A stretch of 46,706 nt of DNA from Thecamonas trahens ATCC 50062 (taxonomy: Eukaryota; Protista; Apusomonadida): positions 562,437-609,142 of the forward strand of contig NW_013657672.1 in assembly GCF_000142905.1 (NCBI RefSeq), written 5' to 3'. The notes beneath the pieces are model-generated. The model made no database searches. It saw only the letters and a list, made by a program, of their open reading frames with translations, and was not told the origin of the DNA. How positions within the stretch are numbered: position 1 is the first letter of the stretch; each line of letters begins with the position of its first letter. The position numbers and the translations under genes are program-made. Positions 18,939 to 29,600 of this stretch are shown here, in pieces.

Positions 18939-21900
18939 TCACGCGATGGTGACGCGGCCAGAGGCAGAGCGGCCAAAGATCTCGGTCTCGTACATGCACT
19001 CGGCCTTGGCCGGCGGGACGACAAACGAGCCGGCGGTGGTGGCGCGGACGATGTACTGGAACTCGTAGTTGCCCTCCCAGAGGAGCGAGCGGAAGGCCTC
19101 GGCGCGCTCGTCGCGGAGGTTCTGGAACTCGAACCAACGAAGCGGGTCGACCCAGCGCCAGGCAAAGATGGAGCGGGACGCCGTAGTTGCTCCGTTGCCC
19201 GAGGCCGCACCGGCGGGCGCAGGCAGGTTCTTGAGCTCGACCTCGGGCGTGCCCTTGAGGGCCGGGTTGAGAGCCTCAAAGCCCGCAGGAAGCTGATCGA
19301 CGAGTGCCACATGGTAGCGGCGCTGGGTGGTGCGCATATAGACGCGGACGCGGATCTTCTCGCCCAGAGCGATGCGCCACGAGCCGTCGTCTGCGCGGAC
19401 GGCGTGATCGGGCGAGTCGACACCAACGTACTCGCGCGCAACCGTAAAGCCGCGGTCGAGAGCATCTACAGTGAGCGCGGCGGGAGCGTAGTCGACTGCG
19501 ATGCGGTAGTAGAGACGGCCAGGGCCGGACTTTTCGACGATGAGCCGAGTGAGTCCGTCGCGGTCTGAGGCTGCGGCCGAGTCGAGGAGCTTGGCCATGG
19601 GCACGGTGCCGACGAGGGTATCGGTTGTGCGCCCGGCAAAGGCAGCGGTACCGGCAAATTCCGATGCGAGCCAGAGGTGGACAGCAAAGTCGGGGACCTC
19701 GGCCTCACGGACGGTAAAGTACTTGTGGAGAGCGACGAGACAAAAGGCGTTCTCCTGGGTGTTGCGCCACTTGCCGGCACGGCGGTGGGCAAGCAGGCCC
19801 TTGGCGACCTTGACAATGAGGTCCGAGTCCGGCTCGGCCTCGAGGAGGGCCTCGAGGAGGACGGCGTCAGTCCGGCGGTTCGAGTGGAGCATGACGTACG
19901 CGCCTTCGTCGCCGTAGTCCGAGACAAAGAACGCAGTCTGAGCAGTCTCGTTGACTCGCCCGGCAAGGTGCTTGAGAATGGCGGCCTTGGGGTCGTCGAT
20001 CCCGCCGACCGAAGTGACCGAGAGAGCAACGAGGAGCCAGCCGAGCGCCTCGAGCGAGAACTCGTGGATCGGGTGGGCGCGGAAGACTTCGGCGGCGCGA
20101 CGGCCCGAGTCGACGCCGAGGCGGGTGAGCGCAAAGGCGGCGTAAGCGCGGAAGCCGTTGAGCGTCTTGAGCGAGTACAAAACAAACGGCCAGTGGGCAA
20201 GGTGGCTGTCGATGTCCTGGAGGTAGCGAATGGTGCGCGAGACGAGGTTGTCCGGCACGTCGAGGCCGCGCTCGACGCACTTGGCAAGCGCATGCGCGAC
20301 ATGGCAGGTAACATACGGATCGGCGCGGTCGTTCCAGTAGCCAAAGCCACCCGACGACTTTTGCCGGCGTGCGAGGAGCTTCATGTCCTTGGACACCGAG
20401 GCCTGTAGCGCGGCACGGCTGGGGATGTCGTCGGCGTCAAAGGCCTCAAGCACGTCGAGGAGCGGGAGGATGCCGAGGAGCTTGGAGGCAATCTGCTCGC
20501 AGCACTCGTACGGGTAGTTGTGCAGGTAGATGAAGGCGTCGGTGAGAGCGGCGACGGCGGTCGAGGTGAGCGAGACCTGGGCGCCGCCAAAGTGCGGGAT
20601 GGCGTCGAGCGGCGGGCGAAGGTCAAAGGCTAGGAGACCCTCGGGATTCTCTGTGTCGCCGTAGGTCGCGGTCGCCTCCGAGGTGGCCGGGGTGAAGACC
20701 GGGACGGTCTTCTGGATGGCGTCGGTAAAGTCGCCGGCGGCGGCAACCCACTGGAGGCGGGCAGTCCCGGCGCCCGCGGTGGCAACCGGGAACGAGAGCG
20801 CGCCGCGCTGTCCAGGGGCAAGGAGGGCGACGTAGCCGCCGGCAAAGCCGGGCGCGAGCTCGAGGTTGCTCGTGCTGCATCCGATGTACACCTTGAGCTC
20901 GTCGGACGTCTGGTTCTGCAGGACGACCGGGACAACCGCCGAGTCGCCGTAGTTGAGGAACCGCGGCGGCGAGGGGCGGACCATGAGCGGAAGCTGGGCG
21001 GTGACCTTGCTCTCGCCGAGTCCATAGCGGGTGTCGGTGGCAGCAATGGCCCAGATCCGGTAGCGGGTGAGCGAGTCGGGGACGGTAAAGGTGAGCTCCA
21101 CGCGGCCGCTGGCGTCGGTGACCGAGGTCGGCGAAAAGTGAGCAAGGGCGTCAAACTTGGTGCGGACCCGGACCTTGGCGGCGCCCTCGGCAAGCTCGGC
21201 GGCGTCATCGTCGGCGGTGGGTGCGTTATCGGTGGAGTCGAGGCAGTCGTCGTTGTCGTCGTCGTCAAAGTCGTCGCCGTCAGACGAGTCGTCCACTGCG
21301 CACATCCCGCGGGCTTGCGGCATGCAGTTCATCATGGCCGGCACGGCGCAGGAGCGGGCGCAGCAGGCCTCGCAGCACATTGCATTGCGAGCACAGCCGG
21401 TGTCGCAGTCGCAGCTGCGGCTGCAACACCTCTTCCTCTTCACCTTGGACGCAGGCATGATGGCCGAGGCTGAGGCCTCGTTGTCAGCGAGCTCCGACTG
21501 GGCCTGGGTCCGGAACCGCTCGAGGTCCTCCTCGGAGAGGAGGAGGACCGACTCGTGGGAAAATGTCGAGTTGGACTCGCCGGTGGAGCGCCGGGTGAAA
21601 AAGGTCTCGACCGGGTCGGAGAGCTTGTATCCTGTGAGGGCAAGGACTGCCTCGTCGACAACGACAAGGGTGACCTCGACACCCTCCGCCGGGGCGCCGG
21701 TATCGGCGTGGTTGCAGGCGACAGAGACCGAGGTCTCTGAACCCGGAGCAATCGAGTCTGAAGCGGGGCAGACGACGAGGTCGAGCGAGCGGGCGCGCTT
21801 GTCGACCTGCAAGTTGAGCTTGCCCGAGGCGAGGGCGGGCTTGGGCGGGGCGGCGAGGTTGAGCTGGCCGAGGGCGGTGAGGCGCGGCTCGGTGCCAACG

Positions 21901-24900
21901 GCGTCGACACGGATCTCAAAGTTGGGCAACCACGAGGCGTCGACGGAAAAGGGCACGACTGCGGCGCCGTCGATGAGCGGCTCGCGGAGGGTGGCCTGGA
22001 GGCCGTCGGCGGTAAAGGTGAGGAGAAGCTCGCCGTCAGTGAACGGAGCCTGGACAAGGAGCTCGCCAGTGTCGCCTGCCGAGTAGCACTGCTTGTCAGC
22101 GATGAGAAGGAGCTCGCCGGCCTCGACGCGCGAGTTGGTGGCGCCGCGCTTGGGCTCTTTCCCGCGGACGTTGACGGCAAACGAGGAGGCGTTGAGCGAG
22201 CCGGCGGCATCGGTGACGGTGGCGGTGAACGAGTACGAGCCGCCATGGGTGGGCAAGTAGTCGGTGACGAGCGGGGCGCCGTCGGGCGAGACCAAGTGAA
22301 GCACGTCCGAGTACTCGGTGGTGGCCCAGGAGGCGATGCCGGACTCGGCATCCTCGACAAGGGTGGTGACCGAGTGAGTGACCTCGAGGTCAATGCCGAC
22401 ACCGGCGATGAGCTCACCGTCAACGTCGACGACGACAAGCTCGATGGCAAGCGGCTCGCCGGCGGTGCCCCATGCCTTGACCTTGTAGCCGACATAGAGC
22501 GAAGACGGGTGGAGAAGAGTGGTGGACTTGGCGAAGCGAGCCTGATAGTTGAGGTCGATGACGGTGGCGGCGGCCTCGAGAGTGATAGGCGCCGGCGGGA
22601 CGTCATTGCCGGCAAACTCGATGAGGAGTCTGTGCTCGCCGTCGGCGTCGGTGGTAGCCTCGGTATGATTCCACGTCCCAAGGCTGGCCGAGTGCGACGG
22701 CGCCGGCTCCCACCACGGGCGAAGCCACCACTTGTTCTGGCGGCCAAAGGTGTAGTCGGAGCGGTGCGGCGGGGTGTAGCTCCCGGTTTTGGCGGTGACC
22801 TCCCAGCGGGTCTCGGCGTCAGCGAGCGCGCCACCAGCAAAGTACTGGGCCGAAACGAGGGCGGTGACGGATCCGGCGGCTGCGTTGGACGAGATGTGTG
22901 GGCCGAGCGACTCGAACGAGGCCGAGACGTCGTACTCGGGGCGGCGGAACTCCTGGCACGAGAAGGAGTGGGTGTACGATGTCGCCGGCAGGCTAGACGA
23001 GCCGGAGTAGCTGATCACGATGCGGCCATCGCCGAGGTTGAGGTTGTCGGGGAGGGCCACTTGGAAGTGGAAGGCACCGTAGGAAGAGAGGGTGAGGCAC
23101 GGGTCGAGACGCGGTCCGTCGGCGTCGGCAGCGATGGGGCCCTGGCTGGCCGAGTCGGCGATCTTGTTGCCGCGCGAGTCGTACGCAGTCCATGAGATGG
23201 AGCCGCGGACGTAGTCTGGCGCGATGGCGCCGTCGACGTCAATATGAACGTGGCGGAGAAAGCCCTTGACGGTGATGACCTCGTTTGGCTTGTAGAGCTT
23301 ACGGTCGTCAAAGACGTACCAGCGCGGCTCGGACGGGGCGCTCCGTGAAACGCGGACGTCAGTGACAAAGGCAAGGTCGTCAGCGTGCGAGGCGACGACG
23401 ATGCCCGAGTTGGAGATGCTGCCGTCGTAGATGGTGACGCCCGCGGGGTCGGTGCACCCGAGCTGCGTTCCTGACGACGAGCCGCGGGAGGCGAGGTGCG
23501 AGACGGCAAGGTCTGAGAGCGGGATCCCCGTGGCAAGCTGCGAGGCCCAAACAAGGGTCTTGGGCGTCGTGGCCGAGTAGGTGAGTGCAGCGAGGGCGAT
23601 GTTTGTGATCTGGACCCAGGCGTGGGCGATGGGCCGGTAGCGGTACTCTGCGCTGCCGTAGCGGACACGCGACTTGAGGGTCTTCCAGGCGGCGACGGTG
23701 GGCTCGACAACTACGTACAGCTGGCCGGTGTTCGACGACGGGTGCTGGAGGAATGGCTCGAGATTGACGACGTAGTCGAGCGGCTTCTCTTCGGCGTCCT
23801 CGAGGTCGACCTCGTAGTCCTCGACCTTCTTGCCGATGTCAAGCAAGTTTTCGCGCTCGGGGTGAAAGTAGTTGTAGGTGGAGACGAGTGGCGAGGAGAG
23901 GTACTCGTTGGGCTCGACATGGAAGATGCGGACACGAATGGCAGTAAAGTTGTAGACGACGACCGGGAAGACGGTCGGGTCGCCCGAGGCTGCCTGGAGT
24001 GTCACCATCCCGGTGGGGCCCGAGACCGAGCCGCAGAGGTACGGCTTGCCGACGCGGATGGTGACAGTGTTGTTGGTGAGGGCCTGGCCGTGAATGTCGG
24101 CGAGGTCACGAGCAATAGTCAGGGTGTAGGTTGTGTTCTTGGTCGAGGAGTTGACGATGGAGATCGAGGTGGCCGAGTGCTCGTGGACCTGGACCGAGAA
24201 CTCGACTTGCGGCTCGATGGTGATGAGGTCCTTGCGGAGGGTGGTGTAGTCGATCGGATTGGTGAAGCGGACCATCCAGGTGGCGCCAGGCCGGGAGCCG
24301 GGCGAGGTCGACGGCTGAATGACGGAGAACGGCGGGTAGGTGTGGAAGGCGATGGTGATGGGCGCGGGTGTGGTGTTGGGGCCTTCAGCCGAGGACGCGC
24401 CCGCGGCGACAACCAGCGCGATGGCGGCGTCGGTGGGTAGATCGTCCGAGAGGTCAAAGACGACCATGTGGTCGAGGGCGTTGCGGGAGCGGAGGCCGCG
24501 GATGGCCCACTCAAAGTCGGGGTTCTTGACGAGGATTTCGGGCGAGTCGGAGCAGAGGGTGAGCGTGCCAGAGTACGGCGCGTTGTTGGCGGTGATGGAG
24601 GAGGAGGCGAGGATGGCCTCCGGGTCCACGGCCTGGTCAAACTGGAGGAGGATGCGCGGGCGGAGCGACTGGACCACGTTTGAGCGGAGAGTCGAGGAGC
24701 GCGGGACCGAGTGCTGGAGAACGAGGGTGTTGGTGGTAAAGCTGAAGCTAAAGTCGTCCGGGAGCATGTTTCCAAGCGCCGAGGCGGTGCCTGCGGGGAT
24801 GGAGACGGTGTAGGTGGTGGAGAAGGCAAAGCGGGTGTCGGGCACAAACTGGAGGGTGGTGACTCCGGTCCAGCGCCAGGCGCCCGTGCACGGTGGGTCA

Positions 24901-25523
24901 AGCACGGCCGGAGTAACCGCGTCCTGCGCATCGATGGAGCCAAGCTCAACCATCGGCTGGTTAAAGGTGATAGCGAGGTTGGTGACGGTCTTGGACTGGC
25001 CGCGCGCCGCGGTACTGCCCTCGGGGTAGTACCTCAGGATGGTGACGTCGCCGGCGAGCGCCTTGGCGCGGGCAGCCATCTCTTCCTCCGAGACCGGCTC
25101 CTGCTGAGGCGCGCCGTCGGGCTGCGGGGCAAAGAGATCGAGCTCGATGACGTCGCCGGTCTTGGGTGTGGGCAGAGTCTTCTCGCGCTGGTTGAACTCC
25201 TGGACGTCGCCGTTGTCGTTGCTCGGCCCTGCGCCCGATGCATCATCGTCCTCGGCCCGGGCCATCAGCCGTGCCACCTGCTCGCCACTCAGCTCGGTGG
25301 CCGGCAGCGGCGGCGGCGGCGTCCATCCCGTACCACCCGCCGTCGTCGCGCCAGTGGGTGCGTTTGAAAGCGAGACGACAAAGGTCGACGACTCGGGCAC
25401 GTCGCCCACGACCGAGCCGTCGTCGTAGCTGCTGCAGATGTCAATGTCGTCGTCACTTTCGCCAAAGGTGGCCAAGCGTCGAGAGATGCTCGCCCGAGAT
25501 GAGGAGGTGATTGGAGTAGCCAT
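18939..25523 (-). CDS. Bacterial-type alpha-2-macroglobulin (thioester protein), ~2194 aa
   Basis: Ig-like N-terminal domains (ITFNQPMV), MG2 motif FDDRKLYKPNE, EFRRPEY, VVDEAVLALTGY, VPDSLTRYRIWA, PRFLNYGD, thioester YPYECCEQ, WRNTQEN, and C-terminal DQLPAGFEALN...GSFVVPPAKAECMY. No introns. ATG at 25523 follows a C-rich leader. Confidence 0.9.
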   Translation of the reverse strand: MATPITSSSRASISRRLATFGESDDDIDICSSYDDGSVVGDVPESSTFVVSLSNAPTGATTAGGTGWTPPPPLPATELSGEQVARLMARAEDDDASGAGPSNDNGDVQEFNQREKTLPTPKTGDVIELDLFAPQPDGAPQQEPVSEEEMAARAKALAGDVTILRYYPEGSTAARGQSKTVTNLAITFNQPMVELGSIDAQDAVTPAVLDPPCTGAWRWTGVTTLQFVPDTRFAFSTTYTVSIPAGTASALGNMLPDDFSFSFTTNTLVLQHSVPRSSTLRSNVVQSLRPRILLQFDQAVDPEAILASSSITANNAPYSGTLTLCSDSPEILVKNPDFEWAIRGLRSRNALDHMVVFDLSDDLPTDAAIALVVAAGASSAEGPNTTPAPITIAFHTYPPFSVIQPSTSPGSRPGATWMVRFTNPIDYTTLRKDLITIEPQVEFSVQVHEHSATSISIVNSSTKNTTYTLTIARDLADIHGQALTNNTVTIRVGKPYLCGSVSGPTGMVTLQAASGDPTVFPVVVYNFTAIRVRIFHVEPNEYLSSPLVSTYNYFHPERENLLDIGKKVEDYEVDLEDAEEKPLDYVVNLEPFLQHPSSNTGQLYVVVEPTVAAWKTLKSRVRYGSAEYRYRPIAHAWVQITNIALAALTYSATTPKTLVWASQLATGIPLSDLAVSHLASRGSSSGTQLGCTDPAGVTIYDGSISNSGIVVASHADDLAFVTDVRVSRSAPSEPRWYVFDDRKLYKPNEVITVKGFLRHVHIDVDGAIAPDYVRGSISWTAYDSRGNKIADSASQGPIAADADGPRLDPCLTLSSYGAFHFQVALPDNLNLGDGRIVISYSGSSSLPATSYTHSFSCQEFRRPEYDVSASFESLGPHISSNAAAGSVTALVSAQYFAGGALADAETRWEVTAKTGSYTPPHRSDYTFGRQNKWWLRPWWEPAPSHSASLGTWNHTEATTDADGEHRLLIEFAGNDVPPAPITLEAAATVIDLNYQARFAKSTTLLHPSSLYVGYKVKAWGTAGEPLAIELVVVDVDGELIAGVGIDLEVTHSVTTLVEDAESGIASWATTEYSDVLHLVSPDGAPLVTDYLPTHGGSYSFTATVTDAAGSLNASSFAVNVRGKEPKRGATNSRVEAGELLLIADKQCYSAGDTGELLVQAPFTDGELLLTFTADGLQATLREPLIDGAAVVPFSVDASWLPNFEIRVDAVGTEPRLTALGQLNLAAPPKPALASGKLNLQVDKRARSLDLVVCPASDSIAPGSETSVSVACNHADTGAPAEGVEVTLVVVDEAVLALTGYKLSDPVETFFTRRSTGESNSTFSHESVLLLSEEDLERFRTQAQSELADNEASASAIMPASKVKRKRCCSRSCDCDTGCARNAMCCEACCARSCAVPAMMNCMPQARGMCAVDDSSDGDDFDDDDNDDCLDSTDNAPTADDDAAELAEGAAKVRVRTKFDALAHFSPTSVTDASGRVELTFTVPDSLTRYRIWAIAATDTRYGLGESKVTAQLPLMVRPSPPRFLNYGDSAVVPVVLQNQTSDELKVYIGCSTSNLELAPGFAGGYVALLAPGQRGALSFPVATAGAGTARLQWVAAAGDFTDAIQKTVPVFTPATSEATATYGDTENPEGLLAFDLRPPLDAIPHFGGAQVSLTSTAVAALTDAFIYLHNYPYECCEQIASKLLGILPLLDVLEAFDADDIPSRAALQASVSKDMKLLARRQKSSGGFGYWNDRADPYVTCHVAHALAKCVERGLDVPDNLVSRTIRYLQDIDSHLAHWPFVLYSLKTLNGFRAYAAFALTRLGVDSGRRAAEVFRAHPIHEFSLEALGWLLVALSVTSVGGIDDPKAAILKHLAGRVNETAQTAFFVSDYGDEGAYVMLHSNRRTDAVLLEALLEAEPDSDLIVKVAKGLLAHRRAGKWRNTQENAFCLVALHKYFTVREAEVPDFAVHLWLASEFAGTAAFAGRTTDTLVGTVPMAKLLDSAAASDRDGLTRLIVEKSGPGRLYYRIAVDYAPAALTVDALDRGFTVAREYVGVDSPDHAVRADDGSWRIALGEKIRVRVYMRTTQRRYHVALVDQLPAGFEALNPALKGTPEVELKNLPAPAGAASGNGATTASRSIFAWRWVDPLRWFEFQNLRDERAEAFRSLLWEGNYEFQYIVRATTAGSFVVPPAKAECMYETEIFGRSASGRVTIA

Positions 25524-26600
25524 GGTGGAGGTGGAGTGGTGTGGTGTGGTGTGGGCTGTGTGGTGAGAGAGGGAAGGAGGGCCGGTTTTGTGAGTGGTGC
25601 GGCGTGTTCGAACAGAACAATGAGGGGGTTGCGTGGCGGAGAAGCGGGGGGAGGAAGAGGGGGGGGGGAGGCGTACGGGTGGGCTGGAGGAGGGGGGGGG
25701 GGGGGAGGGAGGAGGAGGAGAGGGGTTTGGTGGAGGTAAGGGGAGTTGTGGTGGAGGAAGGAGGAGGGAGTGCGGACGGGGGGGGAGGAGGGACCAGGGG
25801 GGTTGCAGGTGCTTGGTGACACGCGTGACTTTCTTCGTGTAGGGGGCTTTTTTTTCGGGAGGGGGCTCACTTTGAGCCACATGAGGAGGAAAGGGGGCTT
25901 GAGCCGTGGCCCTCTGGGCATGTATGATTGTGGATACGCTGCGATGTGTTCCTTCATGCCGTTGTGTGGGGGAGGGGGGATCATCCGCGCTGTTTCCAGT
26001 ACGAGCGCTGTTGATCGTCGCCTATTTTGTGCTTAAAGTTGAAGGTACAACAACGTGATTGTGCTGATCTGCGATTCTCTTTCTGTGCTTGCTGCACTAT
26101 ACCATACCCATGTACGATGGCCGCCCAGACTCTAGCTCGCACCAGAGAACAGCACGCGATCTACATGTTGCTATACCATGGCGCCAAAGAACTGTAGCAC
26201 AACACTACTGTAGCACATAGCATGCGCTGATTGGTGACCTGGGTTCCGAAGCAGCGCCTGGAGCTGAGGTTTTTGCCGGACCATTGACCTCGCCCCACAT
26301 CAATCTACACACCCACCACCAGCCCGCACTCTGCCCACACCAGTTCCTCCCCCGCCCGATTGGCCCTCGCTGATGGTCGGCAGCCTGTAATCACAAGGTG
26401 AGCATGTACTCCTGTGACGTAATCAAACGCTTCCTGTTGTTCCTGAGTGTTATTTTCTGCTCCAACCGCCGCGCGGGGGCACCTGTCACGTGCTGCCTGC
26501 GGCCCGCCCGAGGACCCGTCGGCATTCAAGCCCAACCGGCTCCACACGACGCCACCACCAGCACATGTCCCCAGTTACCGGCACACCCACCCACATCCCC

Positions 26601-29600
26601 ATGTGTGTCTTCTTCTTTCTCCTCCTTTTCATTCTCAGCACCACCGCCACCCTACCCACCCGCCTCACCTCCGGCCTCCCACCATGCTCAACTGCGCCGA
26701 TACAACTCGATCCGCTGCCAGCACTGACTGTGACGGGAAAAGATGTCTTCCAGCTGCCGACGATGCCATCGTGCACATCGCGTGATCAGCGGCTACCATC
26801 AGCGTCGTCATCTTGGGTGGCATACTGCTCGTGGGCTGTCGTGCTCACTGCCTACGACTTGGAGCGGAACGCGACGACCGTCATTGCCAGGCCGTCACAG
26901 GAGGACAAGGCGTTCGGATCAATGACTCTGGCCTTTGTTGACTCTGACAATTGGATTGACATTGTCGTGGCAGAGCTCACCGGTGTCGGTGCTGGGCAGG
27001 CTGCGAGTGGAACGCTTGTGGTTCTCCGCGGAACGTCGGACGTGAACCAGTTCCTACCGGCCGTCGAGCTCATTCCGCCTTCTACCGCACCGGCCGTCTT
27101 TATCTCCTCGCTCTTTATGCCTGGGCAGATGCTGAGCGCCATGCCTGTGATCAAGCCGACGTTCCCGCTCGTTCTGGCCACAGCCGGTGTCGATCCGGCT
27201 GCCGGCGAGTCTGTGGCCCATGCGGTCGTCCTCACGCACCCTTTTCCAGCGCCAGCTGCGGTAGTCAACATCTCGACGTACACCTACATTGACGAGTCGT
27301 TCACTGGTGTCTGCGTTGTTGACATGTACACCCTGCTTGTGCTCCACAACGGAGTTGTGACTGCGTACGCTTCGCCGATCTCGCCAACCCCATTTCGGCC
27401 GATCAGACTCTATCCCAAGAGCGACCCACTCGGGCCGCTGTTCACGGCTATGGCGGCGCTTGACGACATCAATGCCGACGGGCTCGGCGATGCTGTTGCG
27501 GCAGGCTACAACAACTACCGGGTCGACTCGGGCGTGGTGTTGCTTGTTCTCTCCAACGGCTCACCGGGCCTCTTCCGCACGGCCCACGTGTCGTCGGGCG
27601 ATCCCGGTGTCGGCGTCTTTGACTCGGTTCTCTCCATCGCTTCTTGGACACTACCGAGGACGGCCATCCGACAGTTATCTTTGGCACCAAGCTCGGGCTT
27701 TCAACAACGACACCGGCAACGGTCTTTTCGGCCCGTATTGACGTCGCGCCCGGCTCACCGGCTCCGATCTATGGCCTCTCACGGCTCTACGCCAACAGCC
27801 ACATTGATGCTGTCGGCATGGTCACTGCGCCGCGCGGGAGCAACGTCTCCACCACGCCGTTCGCCTTTATTCACGCATGCGGCAATGGCGGTCTCTGCGG
27901 AAGCACCGCTCGGCCACCGTCCGGCCCCACCCCGCGCACCTTTCTCGCTCTTGCGCTCCCCGGCGAGCCGCTGCAGGCCAACCCTACCGGCGTCTCGTGG
28001 GTGACCGGCCTCATCGACGATGACACCGAGCCGGACATTGTCGCCTTTGCCGGCGGCGCCATCATCACCTTTATCAACGCTGTAGCCGCCAACGCCGCAG
28101 ACCCAGACATCCCGGCGTGGTCGCGTGTCGTCGGTCCGGCGCTTCCGGCCCCAGCTGTCCTCGCCCAGCCGCTTGTCACCGCCACGCTTTCAGACATCGA
28201 CGGCGACGGCGACCTTGACGTGGTGTGCTCGGTTGTCGACCTCGCGCTCGTCGGCGAGCTTTCATCGCTCTACATGCTGCTCAACACCGGCGGCGGAACG
28301 TGGGCTCCGCCGAGTGCTATGACCGACGCCTCGCAGTTTGCCCTTGATGCCGGCACCGTTTACGGCCTTGCCTTTACCGACACTCCCCTGCCAGGCTTTG
28401 TTGTTGTCGGCCACACCGGGCCCACTGCACCGAGCCGAGTTCTTCTTGCCGTGCCAAACTCCGCCCACCCAACTGAAACCTACACCCTCTCGTCCGTACT
28501 GCCGGAGCTTGCTGTGGCGCCGCCCGGCCTCAGGCCGGTCACGCTCCCGTCGACGCTCCCGCGGCTCACCGATTTGCTGGTGGTCACTGCTCCGCCGAGT
28601 CCGCATCTCCTCGCCATTGCCACCAACCCGGGCACGGGCGGTGGAAAGTGGACAAGCGCAGCTGTACATGCGCCTATCCTCGACGATCAGCTGCTAGTCG
28701 ATGTTGCCGTCGGCTCACTCCTCGGCACTGCCTACGACGACGCGGCGCTACTCGCCACCGACGCCAGCTCGCGCAGCGTTGTGCTTGTCTTTCTCTCACA
28801 GACACCGACTTCCCCGCCTACCGCTCAGCTCACGCTGCCGACAGCGGAACCAGCGTCTTGCAGTCTTGTGGGCATGGGTCAGCTGGCGGCCGAGGCTGGC
28901 GGACAGAACGCGCTGGTCGATGTCTTTGTCCTCTGCTCCTCGCTGCTCATGGTGTACTCGCAAGAACCGCGCGGGCACTTTGTCCAGCAGCCATCGGCCG
29001 TTGTTGCCCTCGCCACCGACAGTCTCGTCACCCGCCACAAAGTCCTCGACATCGACGGCAACGGATACCACGACATTTTGGTCGCCTCGGACGCCAACAT
29101 CTACGGCATCCTCCAGTGGCCCTCACCGTGGGCAGAGCACAACTTTGAGCCACGGACGCTGACCGTGCCCCGGGCACCGGCGCGTGCGGTGGCCAGCCGC
29201 AGACGCTCGCCTGCCTCGCCACTTCCATCAGTGCTGCCTCGCGCTGCGCGCGTGACACTCTTGTTCTCGACACCTTTGCCTCCACCTGCCGGCACACAAC
29301 CCACTGGCACATCAGCAGGTCGGCGCTCATCCTCGGCACCGGCCGTGCCTCATCGGGCATCAACTGCTTCGCGGACGATGGGAGTCCGCATGGCGTCTTG
29401 TTTTCGATCGGATCGCAAAAGGCGCTTCTGCTGAGCAACATGACGCTCGCCGGCGCAGGCGTCGCCACCGGCTCCGTCTATGGCTCGTCGGCCTTTCGGC
29501 TCTCAGGCAGCCATGCACTGCTGCGGCTGGACAACGCGCTTGTCACTTCATTTGACAACAAGGCCGCGCTCGCGTCGCCGGCGTCGTTCCTCGCGCCCGG

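Noticed and set aside
19069-25430. Long antisense and alternate-frame ORFs over A2M (likewise over SPT16 and the LRR gene)
   Set aside because: Expected shadow ORFs from high GC3 codon bias, with no recognisable domains.
25524-25880. 119-aa Pro-rich N-terminal extension of A2M in the ORF track
   Set aside because: It encodes the poly-C leader. ATG 25523 is the more plausible start.
29165-29196. 32-nt GT..AG mini-intron as an explanation of the second frameshift in paralog B
   Set aside because: It would delete the CGG motif conserved in paralog A, and the other junctions lack suitable GT..AG pairs.
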